Assembly (NCBI GenBank): GCA_037481815.1
Contig: JBBFKX010000001.1
Location: forward strand, 320,001-384,000
Length of the DNA: 64,000 nucleotides
Direction of reading: 5' to 3'
Origin: a candidate division WOR-3 bacterium
Lineage (GTDB): Bacteria > Hydrothermota > 32-111
The first letter of the stretch is position 1; every line of letters begins with the position of its first letter. The notes below the pieces were generated by a model that worked only from the letters and a program-made list of their open reading frames with translations, did no database searches and was not told the origin of the DNA. Shown here one piece after another: positions 17,871 through 27,426 of the stretch. Made by a program: the position numbers and the translations under genes.

Positions 17871-17898
17871 TTGAATTTATAAAAAAAAAATATATAAT
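17871..17898 (+). promoter_or_regulatory. Promoter TTGAAT-16-TATAAT for the polyamine operon
   Basis: Direct reading; gives an ~80-nt leader before speD. Confidence 0.65.
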
Positions 17899-17920
17899 AC
17901 CTTCAAAACAGGAGTTTTGT

Positions 17921-17998
17921 ATGTGTCTTTTTTTATGTAGGTATCAGTTAAACCCTTTAACTTCAGATTATGGAGGTATGAAAGAATGCAAGCCCTAG
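17921..17998 (+). CDS. Candidate leader peptide (uORF) MCLFLCRYQLNPLTSDYGGMKECKP overlapping the speD start
   Basis: AGGAG at 17910-17914, 6 nt before the ATG; ends CCC TAG 13 nt inside speD, in a different frame. Confidence 0.4.
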   Translation: MCLFLCRYQLNPLTSDYGGMKECKP

Positions 17999-18393
17999 GT
18001 AAACACATTCTTGCTGAGTTCTATAAATGTGACTCAGCGATTTTAAACGATGTTGCTCAAATAGAACAACTCATGGTTGAAGCAGCAAAAAGAGCAAGAG
18101 CAACAGTCATATCAAGTTCTTTTCATCACTTTTCACCTTTCGGAGTTAGCGGAGTTGTAGTCATAGCCGAATCCCACCTCACGATTCACACCTGGCCAGA
18201 ATATGGATACGCATCTATAGATATCTACACCTGCGGAAACACTCTTGACCCCTGGATCTCGTTCAAATACCTTGTAAAAAAATTGAAAGCGAAAGAAACT
18301 TCTATGATGGAAGTTAAAAGAGGACTTTTTGATGTTGATGGAACATTGAAACACAAAACTGATAAAAGTTCAACAGAAAAAATAGGAGTTTAA
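17986..18393 (+). CDS. speD: S-adenosylmethionine decarboxylase proenzyme (SpeH-type)
   Basis: LGKHILAE, FSPFGVSGVVVIAESHLTIHTWPEYGY...DIYTCG; GGAGG SD. Confidence 0.96.
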   Translation: MQALGKHILAEFYKCDSAILNDVAQIEQLMVEAAKRARATVISSSFHHFSPFGVSGVVVIAESHLTIHTWPEYGYASIDIYTCGNTLDPWISFKYLVKKLKAKETSMMEVKRGLFDVDGTLKHKTDKSSTEKIGV

Positions 18394-18394
18394 A

Positions 18395-18862
18395 ATGAAC
18401 CTTTTCACTCCCAAAAGATTTTTCTTTGTTGCGGGGCATTCAGAAGGTTTTTCAAAATTGAATTCTTTTGATTGTGCTTTACTCAACGCAAAAATAGGAA
18501 ATATGAATCTTATTAAGATATCTTCGATAATCCCACCTTATTGTAAAAATGTTAAATTCATAAAGATTCCACAGGGAAGTTTTATTCCAGTTGCGTATGC
18601 TTCAATAACATCAGATATGACAGGACAATACATCTCGGCTGGTGTTGCAGCAGCAAAACCTGATGATGATTCTTTACCCGGAGTAATAATGGAATACTCA
18701 TCTAATGGAAGAAAAAAAGATATTGAGGATATTGTAAGAAGTATGGCAGAAGAAGCGATGAAAGTAAGAGGAGTTTCGAATTTTACACTTCAAAGTAAAG
18801 CGTGTGAACATAGAGTTAAAAGAATCGGAACTGCATTCGCAGCCGTGGTTTTGTGGGAGTAA
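18395..18862 (+). CDS. pdaD: Pyruvoyl-dependent arginine decarboxylase
   Basis: LNSFDCALLNAKIGNMNLIKISSIIPP (Ser-Ser cleavage site), G.IMEY. Confidence 0.9.
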   Translation: MNLFTPKRFFFVAGHSEGFSKLNSFDCALLNAKIGNMNLIKISSIIPPYCKNVKFIKIPQGSFIPVAYASITSDMTGQYISAGVAAAKPDDDSLPGVIMEYSSNGRKKDIEDIVRSMAEEAMKVRGVSNFTLQSKACEHRVKRIGTAFAAVVLWE

Positions 18863-18864
18863 AA

Positions 18865-19728
18865 ATGAAAGAGTTCAACACTTCCGGACAAACTGAAATC
18901 TGGTTTACAGAGTACCATACAAAAAATACTGGAATCACATTCAAAGTCAAAGAGACACTTTATAGAAAAAAAACTCCATATCAGGATCTTGTGATACTTG
19001 ACACTTACGAATATGGTAAAGTGATGATCTTGGATGGATTGGTAATGCTTACAGAAAGAGATGAATTCTTTTACCATGAGATGATAACTCATATACCAAT
19101 AAATATAAATCCTTCTATAGAAAATGTTCTGATAATCGGTGGTGGGGATTGTGGTACTTTAAGAGAAGTTTCAAAATACAAACATATAAAAAAAATAAAA
19201 ATGGTCGAAATCGATGGTGAAGTTGTTAAATCATCTAAAAAATTTTTCCCTCAGTTAAACAAAAATCTATCAAAAAATGCTAACATCATAATAGGAGATG
19301 GAATCGAGTTTGTGAACAAAACAGAAGAAAGATTTGATTTGATAATAATCGATTCTTCTGATCCTGTAGGACCAGGTGAAGGACTTTTTACTGAAAAATT
19401 TTATAAAAACTGTCATAGGATTTTGAGTAAAAATGGATTTCTAACCGTTCAAGCTGAAAGTCCATACCTTCACAAAGAATCCGTTAAAATAATATTTGAA
19501 AGGATGAAAAAAGTTTTTAAAGATGTAAAACCTTATCTTGCTTTCATACCAACTTATCCCTCTGGAATGTGGAATTTTATGATATGCTCAAAAGAAAAAT
19601 TTGACATAGAAATAAAAGATAAAAATTTAATAAAACCTTTTGAAAAAAGTTTAAACTATTACAACCACGAGATTCACAAAGGTTCGTTCGCTTTGCCAAA
19701 CTTTGTAAAAAAGATCTATGATCTATAA
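18865..19728 (+). CDS. speE: Polyamine aminopropyltransferase (spermidine synthase)
   Basis: LDGLVMLTERDEFFYHEM, LIIGGGD, VEID, DSSDPVGPG, PTYPSG. Confidence 0.96.
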   Translation: MKEFNTSGQTEIWFTEYHTKNTGITFKVKETLYRKKTPYQDLVILDTYEYGKVMILDGLVMLTERDEFFYHEMITHIPININPSIENVLIIGGGDCGTLREVSKYKHIKKIKMVEIDGEVVKSSKKFFPQLNKNLSKNANIIIGDGIEFVNKTEERFDLIIIDSSDPVGPGEGLFTEKFYKNCHRILSKNGFLTVQAESPYLHKESVKIIFERMKKVFKDVKPYLAFIPTYPSGMWNFMICSKEKFDIEIKDKNLIKPFEKSLNYYNHEIHKGSFALPNFVKKIYDL

Positions 19729-20542
19729 TTTTCTCGAATCATCTGAAGATAGAAAAAATTCTGAAATAATTATCGTCGGTTATCCATTCGATTCTACATC
19801 ATCTTTTAGATCTGGCTCGAGAAATGGGCCAAATTCGTTAAGATTTTTTTCATGGAACCTTGAGACATTTTCAAACTATCAAAAAAAAGATATCCATACT
19901 AAAAATTATTTTGATATGGGTGATATCGAATTACCTCTTGGGAATATCAAGAAAACAAATGAAATAATATTTAAAACAACAAAAAAACTTTTAAAATCAA
20001 ACAAAAAAATAATTTCTCTCGGTGGAGAACATTCAATTACTTACCCTATCATAAAAGCGTTCAACGACTTTTATGACGATTTTATTTTGATAGTTTTTGA
20101 TGCTCATGCGGATTTACGAGAAGAATATATGGGAACAGCATTTTCACATGCGTGTGTAACAAGAAACTGTGCAAAATTGATTGGCGAAAGAAGGATATGT
20201 CAGTTAGGGATCAGATCTTATACAGAAGAAGAATACGAATTTTCAAAGAAACTTCTCTTTTTCAATGAACGACTTGATTCTTTTGATTTCGATCTTATAA
20301 AAAATAAAAAAATTTATATTTCAGTAGATCTTGATGTTCTTGATCCTTCGATTCTTCCCGGAACAGGTACACCAGAAGCGGGCGGATTGAATTTCAAAGA
20401 GTTTATAGATTTTCTCTTAAAATTTAAAAATTTTGAAATCATCGGTACCGATATCGTCGAACTTTCTCCTGAACATGATGTATCAGGAATATCTTCTGCA
20501 GCTGCTGCCAAAATAGTTAGAGAACTTATACTTCTTTTATAA
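19718..20542 (+). CDS. speB: Agmatinase / ureohydrolase
   Basis: GGEHSIT, FDAHADL, SHAC, SVDLDVLDP..PGTGTPEAGG. Confidence 0.95.
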   Translation: MIYNFLESSEDRKNSEIIIVGYPFDSTSSFRSGSRNGPNSLRFFSWNLETFSNYQKKDIHTKNYFDMGDIELPLGNIKKTNEIIFKTTKKLLKSNKKIISLGGEHSITYPIIKAFNDFYDDFILIVFDAHADLREEYMGTAFSHACVTRNCAKLIGERRICQLGIRSYTEEEYEFSKKLLFFNERLDSFDFDLIKNKKIYISVDLDVLDPSILPGTGTPEAGGLNFKEFIDFLLKFKNFEIIGTDIVELSPEHDVSGISSAAAAKIVRELILLL

Positions 20543-21212
20543 AAAATTTTCTGTTAACGATCTCATAAATTCCAAGATATAATGTTAACAAAGAAAAATT
20601 ATAGAAAAAATCCTCAACGGGAATAGTTCCAATTCTTAGATTTGTAATCGCACTTTTGGAGTAGAAAACGATCGGGATCCCAGTCAATAAAGAATTAAAA
20701 ATGAAAAAGAGTACAAAGGTAATAACAAGAAAGATATAGTAATGAACATTTTCAAGAAGAAAGTTAAAACAATAAGATAACATTATAAATGTCAGTCCTG
20801 TAACAAAAAACACTGTTGAAGTGTAGGGAGTAAAAATAAAATATACACCCAAAAGAATAAATGTTAATCCAGTTGATGTAGTCATGATGTTGGGCAACCG
20901 TTTCATCTTTGTATCAAAAACAAAAAACTTTATTCCTTCATAGAGAAATAAACATGCGTATGGAACAGTTAAAAAGAAAAGTATTTCTTCTAATGGTAGA
21001 TCAAAAATTCTTGTAGTGTTAACATATTTTGAATTGAAATACCAGTCTCCCCTTTTTGTTGCTACCGAATCCCATATTATAAAGGGAATTCCAACTGAAA
21101 GGAAAGATATAAAAAATGAAACCAATTTTTTTAATGTATATTTGTGGAAAAGAATTGAACCTATCAATGGGAAAATTATAATGATGATATTGATCAGAAG
21201 ATATCTACTCAT
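20526..21212 (-). CDS. Membrane lycopene cyclase (fused CrtYc/Yd-type double domain)
   Basis: Two repeats, WD......W.F...LPLEEILFF and N..LTG.PIV.Y.....RIGTIPVEDFFY; lies next to crtB/crtI. Confidence 0.85.
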   Translation of the reverse strand: MSRYLLINIIIIIFPLIGSILFHKYTLKKLVSFFISFLSVGIPFIIWDSVATKRGDWYFNSKYVNTTRIFDLPLEEILFFLTVPYACLFLYEGIKFFVFDTKMKRLPNIMTTSTGLTFILLGVYFIFTPYTSTVFFVTGLTFIMLSYCFNFLLENVHYYIFLVITFVLFFIFNSLLTGIPIVFYSKSAITNLRIGTIPVEDFFYNFSLLTLYLGIYEIVNRKFFIKEV

Positions 21213-21768
21213 TCAACAACCTTATGAGTTTTAAATTTTCATCATCTTTCAATCTTCTTGTTGATATAATATATTTTATCATATCAACCTGAATTTTTCG
21301 AGGAACAAATGAAAAATCTTTATGGAGTAGATAATTGAAGACAAACTTTAAATCCTCATTTCTCTTTTTTGAAACATTAAAATAATCAGGGAGATTTTCA
21401 TAAAATGAAAATCTTAAAAATCTGATTTCGAGACAATCAGGGAACCTGTTAACAGAACTGTCGATTATTGAAATCGCCTTAAAAACAAATTTAACTTTTT
21501 TGGGAATGTTTTTTTCAAACTTCCCTTCAAGACCTTTTAAACATGCGTAGTAAGACATGAGTATTGGATTGTATTTTGAAACATCTGTTCCAAAATTTTT
21601 TTCCATATAATTTTGCAAAAATTTTGTCGTATCAGGATTATCGATCGCTATATAATATTTTTCTCTTATAAAGTTTAATTTTTCATAATCGATTTCCTCT
21701 TTATATGGATTATTGGGAAAGACATTTATGGTAAAAACATATATAAGAACTAAAAGAAGTTTTTTCAT
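21205..21768 (-). CDS. Exported hypothetical helical protein in the carotenoid cluster
   Basis: Signal peptide; P...EIRFLRFS...LP.YF motif; coupled to crtB and the cyclase. Confidence 0.7.
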   Translation of the reverse strand: MKKLLLVLIYVFTINVFPNNPYKEEIDYEKLNFIREKYYIAIDNPDTTKFLQNYMEKNFGTDVSKYNPILMSYYACLKGLEGKFEKNIPKKVKFVFKAISIIDSSVNRFPDCLEIRFLRFSFYENLPDYFNVSKKRNEDLKFVFNYLLHKDFSFVPRKIQVDMIKYIISTRRLKDDENLKLIRLLNE

Positions 21769-21769
21769 A

Positions 21770-22600
21770 TTAAAAAGTATTAAAAATATTTTTTACACCG
21801 GTAAAAACAATCCTTCTGATCCTGGGCTTAACCTTGATCTTATAAACAATGAAAGGATCATCATAAATTCTTTTAGCAGTATATTTATACATATCTGATG
21901 CTGTTTTGATTGGAACCATAAGATATTTTGGAATATATCTGTAACCTTTTTCTCCAACACTCTGCCACTTAAAATAAAGATCCAATTGTTCTCTCAAAAA
22001 ACCTTTAAATTTTTCTTCCTTTTTTGAGACCTCTTCATAGGTTAAAGAATTTAGATCATATTTTTTCAAGATATCGAGTGGAAGATACAATCTTCCAAGT
22101 TGATTATCCTCATTTATATCTCTTATAAAATTTATATATTGCATCGCTCTGCCTAAATTTCTTGCATAGTGGTATGACTCTTCTGTAAGTCCCATAATTT
22201 TACACATCATAATACCTATGACTTCTGCTGATCCATACATATATTTTATAGTTTCATCGAGATTGAAATATGTTTTTTTATTTATATCCATCTCCATAGA
22301 ACCGAGAAAGGAATCAACCCATTCTTTTTTGATATCAAATTTTTTCATAAGAGAAACAAAACTTTCTATAACCACATCTTCAACTTTCTCCCCTTTCAAT
22401 CTCTTATAAAAATCATTTTTGAACCTGTAAAAACCATCCTTATCCTGAGGAACAGAATCAACAAAATTGTCTGCTTTTCTTACAAAACTGTAAAGAATAA
22501 AAACCCGGCTTCTAACAGTTATTGGGAAAAATACACTTGAATAAAAGTATGTTTTTGACCCATTTTTAAAAATTTGATAAGCGGTTTTATTGATTATCAT
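21770..22600 (-). CDS. crtB: Phytoene synthase
   Basis: GSKTY, YSFVRKADNFVD, YMYGSAEVIG, MQYINFIRDINED..LGRLYLP. Confidence 0.93.
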   Translation of the reverse strand: MIINKTAYQIFKNGSKTYFYSSVFFPITVRSRVFILYSFVRKADNFVDSVPQDKDGFYRFKNDFYKRLKGEKVEDVVIESFVSLMKKFDIKKEWVDSFLGSMEMDINKKTYFNLDETIKYMYGSAEVIGIMMCKIMGLTEESYHYARNLGRAMQYINFIRDINEDNQLGRLYLPLDILKKYDLNSLTYEEVSKKEEKFKGFLREQLDLYFKWQSVGEKGYRYIPKYLMVPIKTASDMYKYTAKRIYDDPFIVYKIKVKPRIRRIVFTGVKNIFNTF

Positions 22601-24059
22601 AAATTTCTTTGATAATTTTCGATAAAACTTCTCCAGCGATCGTTACCATCGGAACTCCGATTCCTGGATGAGTGTAATGCCCAACAAAAAACAGGTTGTT
22701 AACTTTTTTACTTCTATATGGTAATCTAAAAATTGCAGTTTGAAATTTGGCATGGGAAAGACCAAGAGCGTTACCTTTATATGAATTGTAATCTTCTATA
22801 AAATCGTTTATAGAATATATCTTTTTTACCAGAATATTCTCTTTTAAATCAAAACCGGCTAATTTTGAAATTCTGTCAACTATCTTTTCAAAAAATTCTT
22901 CTCTTAACTTATCATTGTCTTCAATACCCGATGCAATCGGAACAAGGATGAAGAGATTCTCATAATTTTCAGGTGCTGTCGTTTTATCAGTTTTTGAAGT
23001 AACGGATATATAGAATGATGGATTTTCAGGCATTTTTTGTATATCAAAAATCGTCTTAAAATGAGTTTCCCAGTCGTTAACAAGATAAAGGTTGTGATGT
23101 TTTAATTTTTCTATTTTTTTCTTGATCCCAAGGAAAATTAAGAAAGCTGATGGACCCAAAATCTTTCTGTTCCAGTATCTTTCATCGAAGCTTTTAAAGG
23201 AAGGTTCAAGCAGAGAGTTTTCAGTAAAATAAAAATCTGCATTCGAAACGATGATATCAGCATCAAAAAATCCGTTGTTTGTTTCAACACCTTTTGCTGT
23301 TCCATTTTTAACAACGATCTTTTTAACTTCATTGTTAAGGAGAATTTTACAACCAAAAGTTTGAGCAACTTCTGCATAAGATTGCGCGACTTTAGAGAAA
23401 CCCTCAAAAGGATAATAAACTCCGGATTTGAAATCAACGTAACTCATAATGGAATAGAACGCAGGTGTATTGTATGGAGAAGAACCAAGAAAAACTGTTG
23501 TGTATTCGAGAATCTGTCTCAATTTTTTGTTCTTAAAAAACCTTTTTACATAACCATCCATGTAATGAAAAATATTGAGTTTTATTCCATCCGTTAAAAG
23601 TTTCAAATCAATAACATCTTTAACACTATCATATTTTCTATATAGAAATTTATCTATCAGATTGTATTGATATGTAGCACTGGAAATATATTCTTCCAAT
23701 CTCTTAGAACTCCCTTTTTCTAAACTCTCGAAAATCTCTTTTATCGATTCGATGTTTGATGGTATATCTATTACCTGACCATCCTCAAAAAATAATCTGT
23801 AGTTTGGATCAAGTTTTACAAGTTTATAGTAATCAAAAAAATTTTTATTAAAATTTTTAAAGAACCTTTCAAAAATCTCAGGCATCAGATACCATGAAGG
23901 TCCTTTGTCAAAGAGAAAACCTTTTTCCTTATATGTTGAAGCTCTTCCACCCACCTGATCATTTTTTTCCAACACTGTTACTTCAAATCCGTATTTTGAA
24001 AGAAAAGCAGCGGTCGAAAGGCCTCCAAAACCAGCTCCAACTATTATCACTTTTTTCAA
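22587..24059 (-). CDS. crtI: Phytoene desaturase
   Basis: GAGFGG FAD motif, GGRA, FDKGPSWYLMP, THPGIGVPM; TTG start after AGGAG. Confidence 0.93.
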   Translation of the reverse strand: MKKVIIVGAGFGGLSTAAFLSKYGFEVTVLEKNDQVGGRASTYKEKGFLFDKGPSWYLMPEIFERFFKNFNKNFFDYYKLVKLDPNYRLFFEDGQVIDIPSNIESIKEIFESLEKGSSKRLEEYISSATYQYNLIDKFLYRKYDSVKDVIDLKLLTDGIKLNIFHYMDGYVKRFFKNKKLRQILEYTTVFLGSSPYNTPAFYSIMSYVDFKSGVYYPFEGFSKVAQSYAEVAQTFGCKILLNNEVKKIVVKNGTAKGVETNNGFFDADIIVSNADFYFTENSLLEPSFKSFDERYWNRKILGPSAFLIFLGIKKKIEKLKHHNLYLVNDWETHFKTIFDIQKMPENPSFYISVTSKTDKTTAPENYENLFILVPIASGIEDNDKLREEFFEKIVDRISKLAGFDLKENILVKKIYSINDFIEDYNSYKGNALGLSHAKFQTAIFRLPYRSKKVNNLFFVGHYTHPGIGVPMVTIAGEVLSKIIKEIYDNQ

Positions 24060-24922
24060 CTTTTCGCTCCTTTAAAATTTATACCAACCGAAAAATATTG
24101 GAAATTTTCATAATTTTTACCATAACTCGAAAAGATTGTAAATCTTTCTGAAAAATTGTATAAAAAAGAAATCTGAAATTTTTCAGAAAAAGTGTTTAGT
24201 ATAAAAGTAATATTTTTATAATTGTAATCTAACTCCAATGATGGAGAAAAAGAAACAGATTTGTACACGAATGTATATCCATCGTTAAGATATGTTAAAA
24301 AGTTAAGAAGTATGGATATTTTAAAAGATGATTCATCTTTATTGAAAAGTTTTGAAAAACCAACTTTTCCCTGTGGTTCAAAAAGGTATTCATAACTTTC
24401 ACCAAAATTTTGTACAGGAAACAAATCGTAGAATGTTAATAAAAGAGAATAATCGGACAATTTCTTTTCTAAACTTAAAGAGTTAGTCAATAAGATTGGA
24501 TTTTTTGAAAAATTTAAATAGTCGAAATTCAGGTTGAACAGAAAATTCAAAAAGTTTGTTTTTTTACCAATAAAAAAAGTAAAACTGAATTTATTTAGAT
24601 TTTCATTTTTAATTATGTATGGATAATTGATAGGAGAAGGTTCGCTGGTTGTATCTAAAACAGTTGTATAATCGACAGTGCCATAATTAACAACCTTTAT
24701 ACCAAGTCCAGTTAAAAAGTCCCTGTTCCATAGATAGAGTAAATTAAAAGAATTTGAAAGTTGTGATGTAGTAAAGTTTGTATTTATCCCTTGATCTAAA
24801 TAATCAAAATATTTATAATCAAAACTTGCATCGGGTAAAACTATTTGAGAATATATACCGGTAAAAATCGTTAGGATACAACAAAATAGTATGTTTTTCC
24901 TGATAAATGTTCTTCTTTTCAT
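24056..24922 (-). CDS. Hypothetical outer-membrane beta-barrel-like protein
   Basis: Signal peptide (..GIYSQ), aromatic-rich alternating strands, near-terminal FSVGINF. Confidence 0.55.
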   Translation of the reverse strand: MKRRTFIRKNILFCCILTIFTGIYSQIVLPDASFDYKYFDYLDQGINTNFTTSQLSNSFNLLYLWNRDFLTGLGIKVVNYGTVDYTTVLDTTSEPSPINYPYIIKNENLNKFSFTFFIGKKTNFLNFLFNLNFDYLNFSKNPILLTNSLSLEKKLSDYSLLLTFYDLFPVQNFGESYEYLFEPQGKVGFSKLFNKDESSFKISILLNFLTYLNDGYTFVYKSVSFSPSLELDYNYKNITFILNTFSEKFQISFLYNFSERFTIFSSYGKNYENFQYFSVGINFKGAKS

Positions 24923-25575
24923 CTGTTAATTTTGTAATTCTGTGGTATTAAAAATTCCCTCTCAAAGTTATCTTTTTGATAACTCAAAAGTTGCATACCA
25001 ACATTAAGATCGTTTCCATTAAAAAGTTTAAACAAAACAGGAATACCTCCATAAATAGAATCGAATATGATCTCAAAATCAAGATCCAGATAACTTTTTA
25101 AAATTTTGTTATACCTTTTGATCATTTTTGATAGGTCAAAGGTTTCTTTTGTTACAAAAAGTGTAATCCTTTTTGAAGAATCTATATCCATACTTAAGTA
25201 TTTAACTTGAATATTTGATAAAACAGTATCCTTAACAAAATTCATCTTTTTATTTTTAAGGATATTCGCATCCAGATATGATGAAAAGAAATCAAAAAAC
25301 TCAAAAGAAAGAACAGTCACCGTTTTATTTTCATCATCAACCATATAAAATGTATCACTATTTTCTTTGAAAATATATCTAATACCCTTACTTTTAAAAG
25401 CGATACTGTTTTCTTTAGTAAGAATATCAAAATTTATTGAAGATGAATCGTTCTCAAAATATTCTTTTAAATTGTATGAAAATTTGTAATCACCAAAAAG
25501 AAATGTGATTAGAAATAAAGACAAAAAGAAAATATTAATTTTACTCGATCTTACAAAGTTTCTGATTCTTGACAA
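24919..25575 (-). CDS. Exported hypothetical protein (DUF4412-like)
   Basis: Signal peptide, YMVDDENKT, G.P and C-terminal F.IP.NYK; TTG start after GGAG. Confidence 0.55.
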   Translation of the reverse strand: MSRIRNFVRSSKINIFFLSLFLITFLFGDYKFSYNLKEYFENDSSSINFDILTKENSIAFKSKGIRYIFKENSDTFYMVDDENKTVTVLSFEFFDFFSSYLDANILKNKKMNFVKDTVLSNIQVKYLSMDIDSSKRITLFVTKETFDLSKMIKRYNKILKSYLDLDFEIIFDSIYGGIPVLFKLFNGNDLNVGMQLLSYQKDNFEREFLIPQNYKINR

Positions 25576-25852
25576 CTCTTTCTCCTTCTTTTACATAAAT
25601 TTCTTTTATTTCCCCTTCCACTTTCGAATAGATTCTGTTTTTCATTTTCATCGCTTCAAGTATCATCAATACGGTTCCACTTGAAACCTTATCTTTTTCT
25701 TTAACAAAAATTTTCGTAATGATTCCAGGTATCGGGGATCTTACTTCAAATGGATCTTCAAGAGTTGTATCTATAGGTAATTTATAATCCTGTGGAATAT
25801 TCGTTGGATACTGATCAAAATCAACAGATAAATTATTTTTTTTCTTTTCCAT
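25541..25852 (-). CDS. Biotin carboxyl carrier protein
   Basis: SPIPG...LEAMKMKN biotinylation motif. Confidence 0.92.
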   Translation of the reverse strand: MEKKKNNLSVDFDQYPTNIPQDYKLPIDTTLEDPFEVRSPIPGIITKIFVKEKDKVSSGTVLMILEAMKMKNRIYSKVEGEIKEIYVKEGERVVKNQKLCKIE

Positions 25853-25854
25853 AA

Positions 25855-27399
25855 TTACACCGGCATATTTGAATGTTTTTTGCCTGGAAGGTGTTCTTTT
25901 TTATCCTCAGTTATTTCAAAAGCACTTATAAGCATATTTCTTATCTCATCAGGATTTATAACTGAATCAATATAACCTTTTGATGCAGCAACAAAAGGAT
26001 TGGCAAACTTTTCAATATACTCCTGAATTTTTAACTGTCTTGTTTTTTCTTTATCTTCACTTTCGTCAATTTCCTTCTTAAATATTATATTCGCTGCACC
26101 TTCAGGACCCATTACTGCAATTTCAGCTGTTGGTAAAGCGAAAACAAGATCAGCCCCCAAATGTTTTGAACACATCGCGATGTAACCACCACCATATGCT
26201 TTTCTTAAAATCAAAGTTATTTTTGGAACAGTTGCTTCAGAGTAAGCATACAACAACTTCGCACCGTGTCTAATCACTCCTGCATATTCCTGATCTATCC
26301 CTGGTAAATAACCCGGCATATCAACAAGTGTCAAAAGAGGTATGTTGAAAGCATCACAGAATCTAACGAATCTTGCAGCTTTATCGGAAGAGTTAACATC
26401 AAGAACACCTGCAAGAACATCAGGCTGGTTTGCGACTATTCCAACACTCCTTCCATCTATTCTTGCAAAACCTATAACAATGTTTTCAGCCCAACCTGAT
26501 TGAACTTCAAAAAATTCGGAATCATCAACGATACTGTATATCACATCTTTTACATCATACGGTTCTTTCGAATCATGAGGAATAATTTCTTCTATACTTT
26601 TTGTTTCCTTTGGAGGTTTCGGTTCAATCCTTTTTGGTTTCTCATAACAGTTATCCGGGATATATGAAAGGAGTTTTTGCACCTGAAAAAATGACTCGTA
26701 TTCATTTGATGCGAAGAAATGTATATTACCTGTTTTGGTATGGTGCGTGTAAGCACCGCCAAGTTCTTCCATCGAGATGTCTTCTCCGATCACAGTTTTT
26801 ATGACCTGAGGTCCTGTTATAAACATTTTTGAAAGATCGTTAACCATAAAAACGAAATCCATCAAAGCTGGAGAATAAACAGCACCACCAGCACATGGAC
26901 CAAGAATAACCGAGATCTGCGGAATAACTCCTGACAACCTTGCATTTCTAAAAAATATATTTCCATAACCAGCCAGAGCAGAAACACCTTCCTGTATCCT
27001 TGCTCCTCCAGAATCGTTTAATCCAATGAGAGGGACTCCCATCTTGGCTGCAAGATCCATAATTTTTGTAATCTTCAATGCATGCATTTCACCGAGGGAA
27101 CCACCTGCAACAGTAAAGTCCTGTGCAAAGATACAAACTTTTCTTCCGTTTATTTTTCCATAACCTGTTATTACACCATCACCGGCAAGTGATTTTTTTG
27201 ACAAACCAAAATCTTTTGCACTGTGTTCCACAAAAAGATCGGTTTCGACAAAACTATCTTTATCAAGGAGTAACTCAATTCTATCTCTTGCAAACAGTTT
27301 ACCACTCTGGATCTGTTTTTCGATCGCCTGTTCCCCACCACCTTCCAACAAAACTTTCTTTTTGTTAAACCATTTGGCCATTCTTTCAATAAACTTCAT
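25855..27399 (-). CDS. Acyl-CoA carboxyltransferase subunit (PccB / methylmalonyl-CoA decarboxylase alpha family)
   Basis: GDGVITG, QDFTVAGGSLG, DSGGARIQEG, GPCAGGAVYSPA, RKAYGG, KKHSNMP. Confidence 0.95.
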   Translation of the reverse strand: MKFIERMAKWFNKKKVLLEGGGEQAIEKQIQSGKLFARDRIELLLDKDSFVETDLFVEHSAKDFGLSKKSLAGDGVITGYGKINGRKVCIFAQDFTVAGGSLGEMHALKITKIMDLAAKMGVPLIGLNDSGGARIQEGVSALAGYGNIFFRNARLSGVIPQISVILGPCAGGAVYSPALMDFVFMVNDLSKMFITGPQVIKTVIGEDISMEELGGAYTHHTKTGNIHFFASNEYESFFQVQKLLSYIPDNCYEKPKRIEPKPPKETKSIEEIIPHDSKEPYDVKDVIYSIVDDSEFFEVQSGWAENIVIGFARIDGRSVGIVANQPDVLAGVLDVNSSDKAARFVRFCDAFNIPLLTLVDMPGYLPGIDQEYAGVIRHGAKLLYAYSEATVPKITLILRKAYGGGYIAMCSKHLGADLVFALPTAEIAVMGPEGAANIIFKKEIDESEDKEKTRQLKIQEYIEKFANPFVAASKGYIDSVINPDEIRNMLISAFEITEDKKEHLPGKKHSNMPV

Positions 27400-27426
27400 T
27401 TAATACTCCTCTTTTACTATTTATCA

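Noticed and set aside
17851..17890. Poly-A tracts as phase-variable promoter elements
   Set aside because: An A10 run lies in the speD promoter spacer, but long A/T runs are common throughout this AT-rich window and there is no evidence of length variation without reads.
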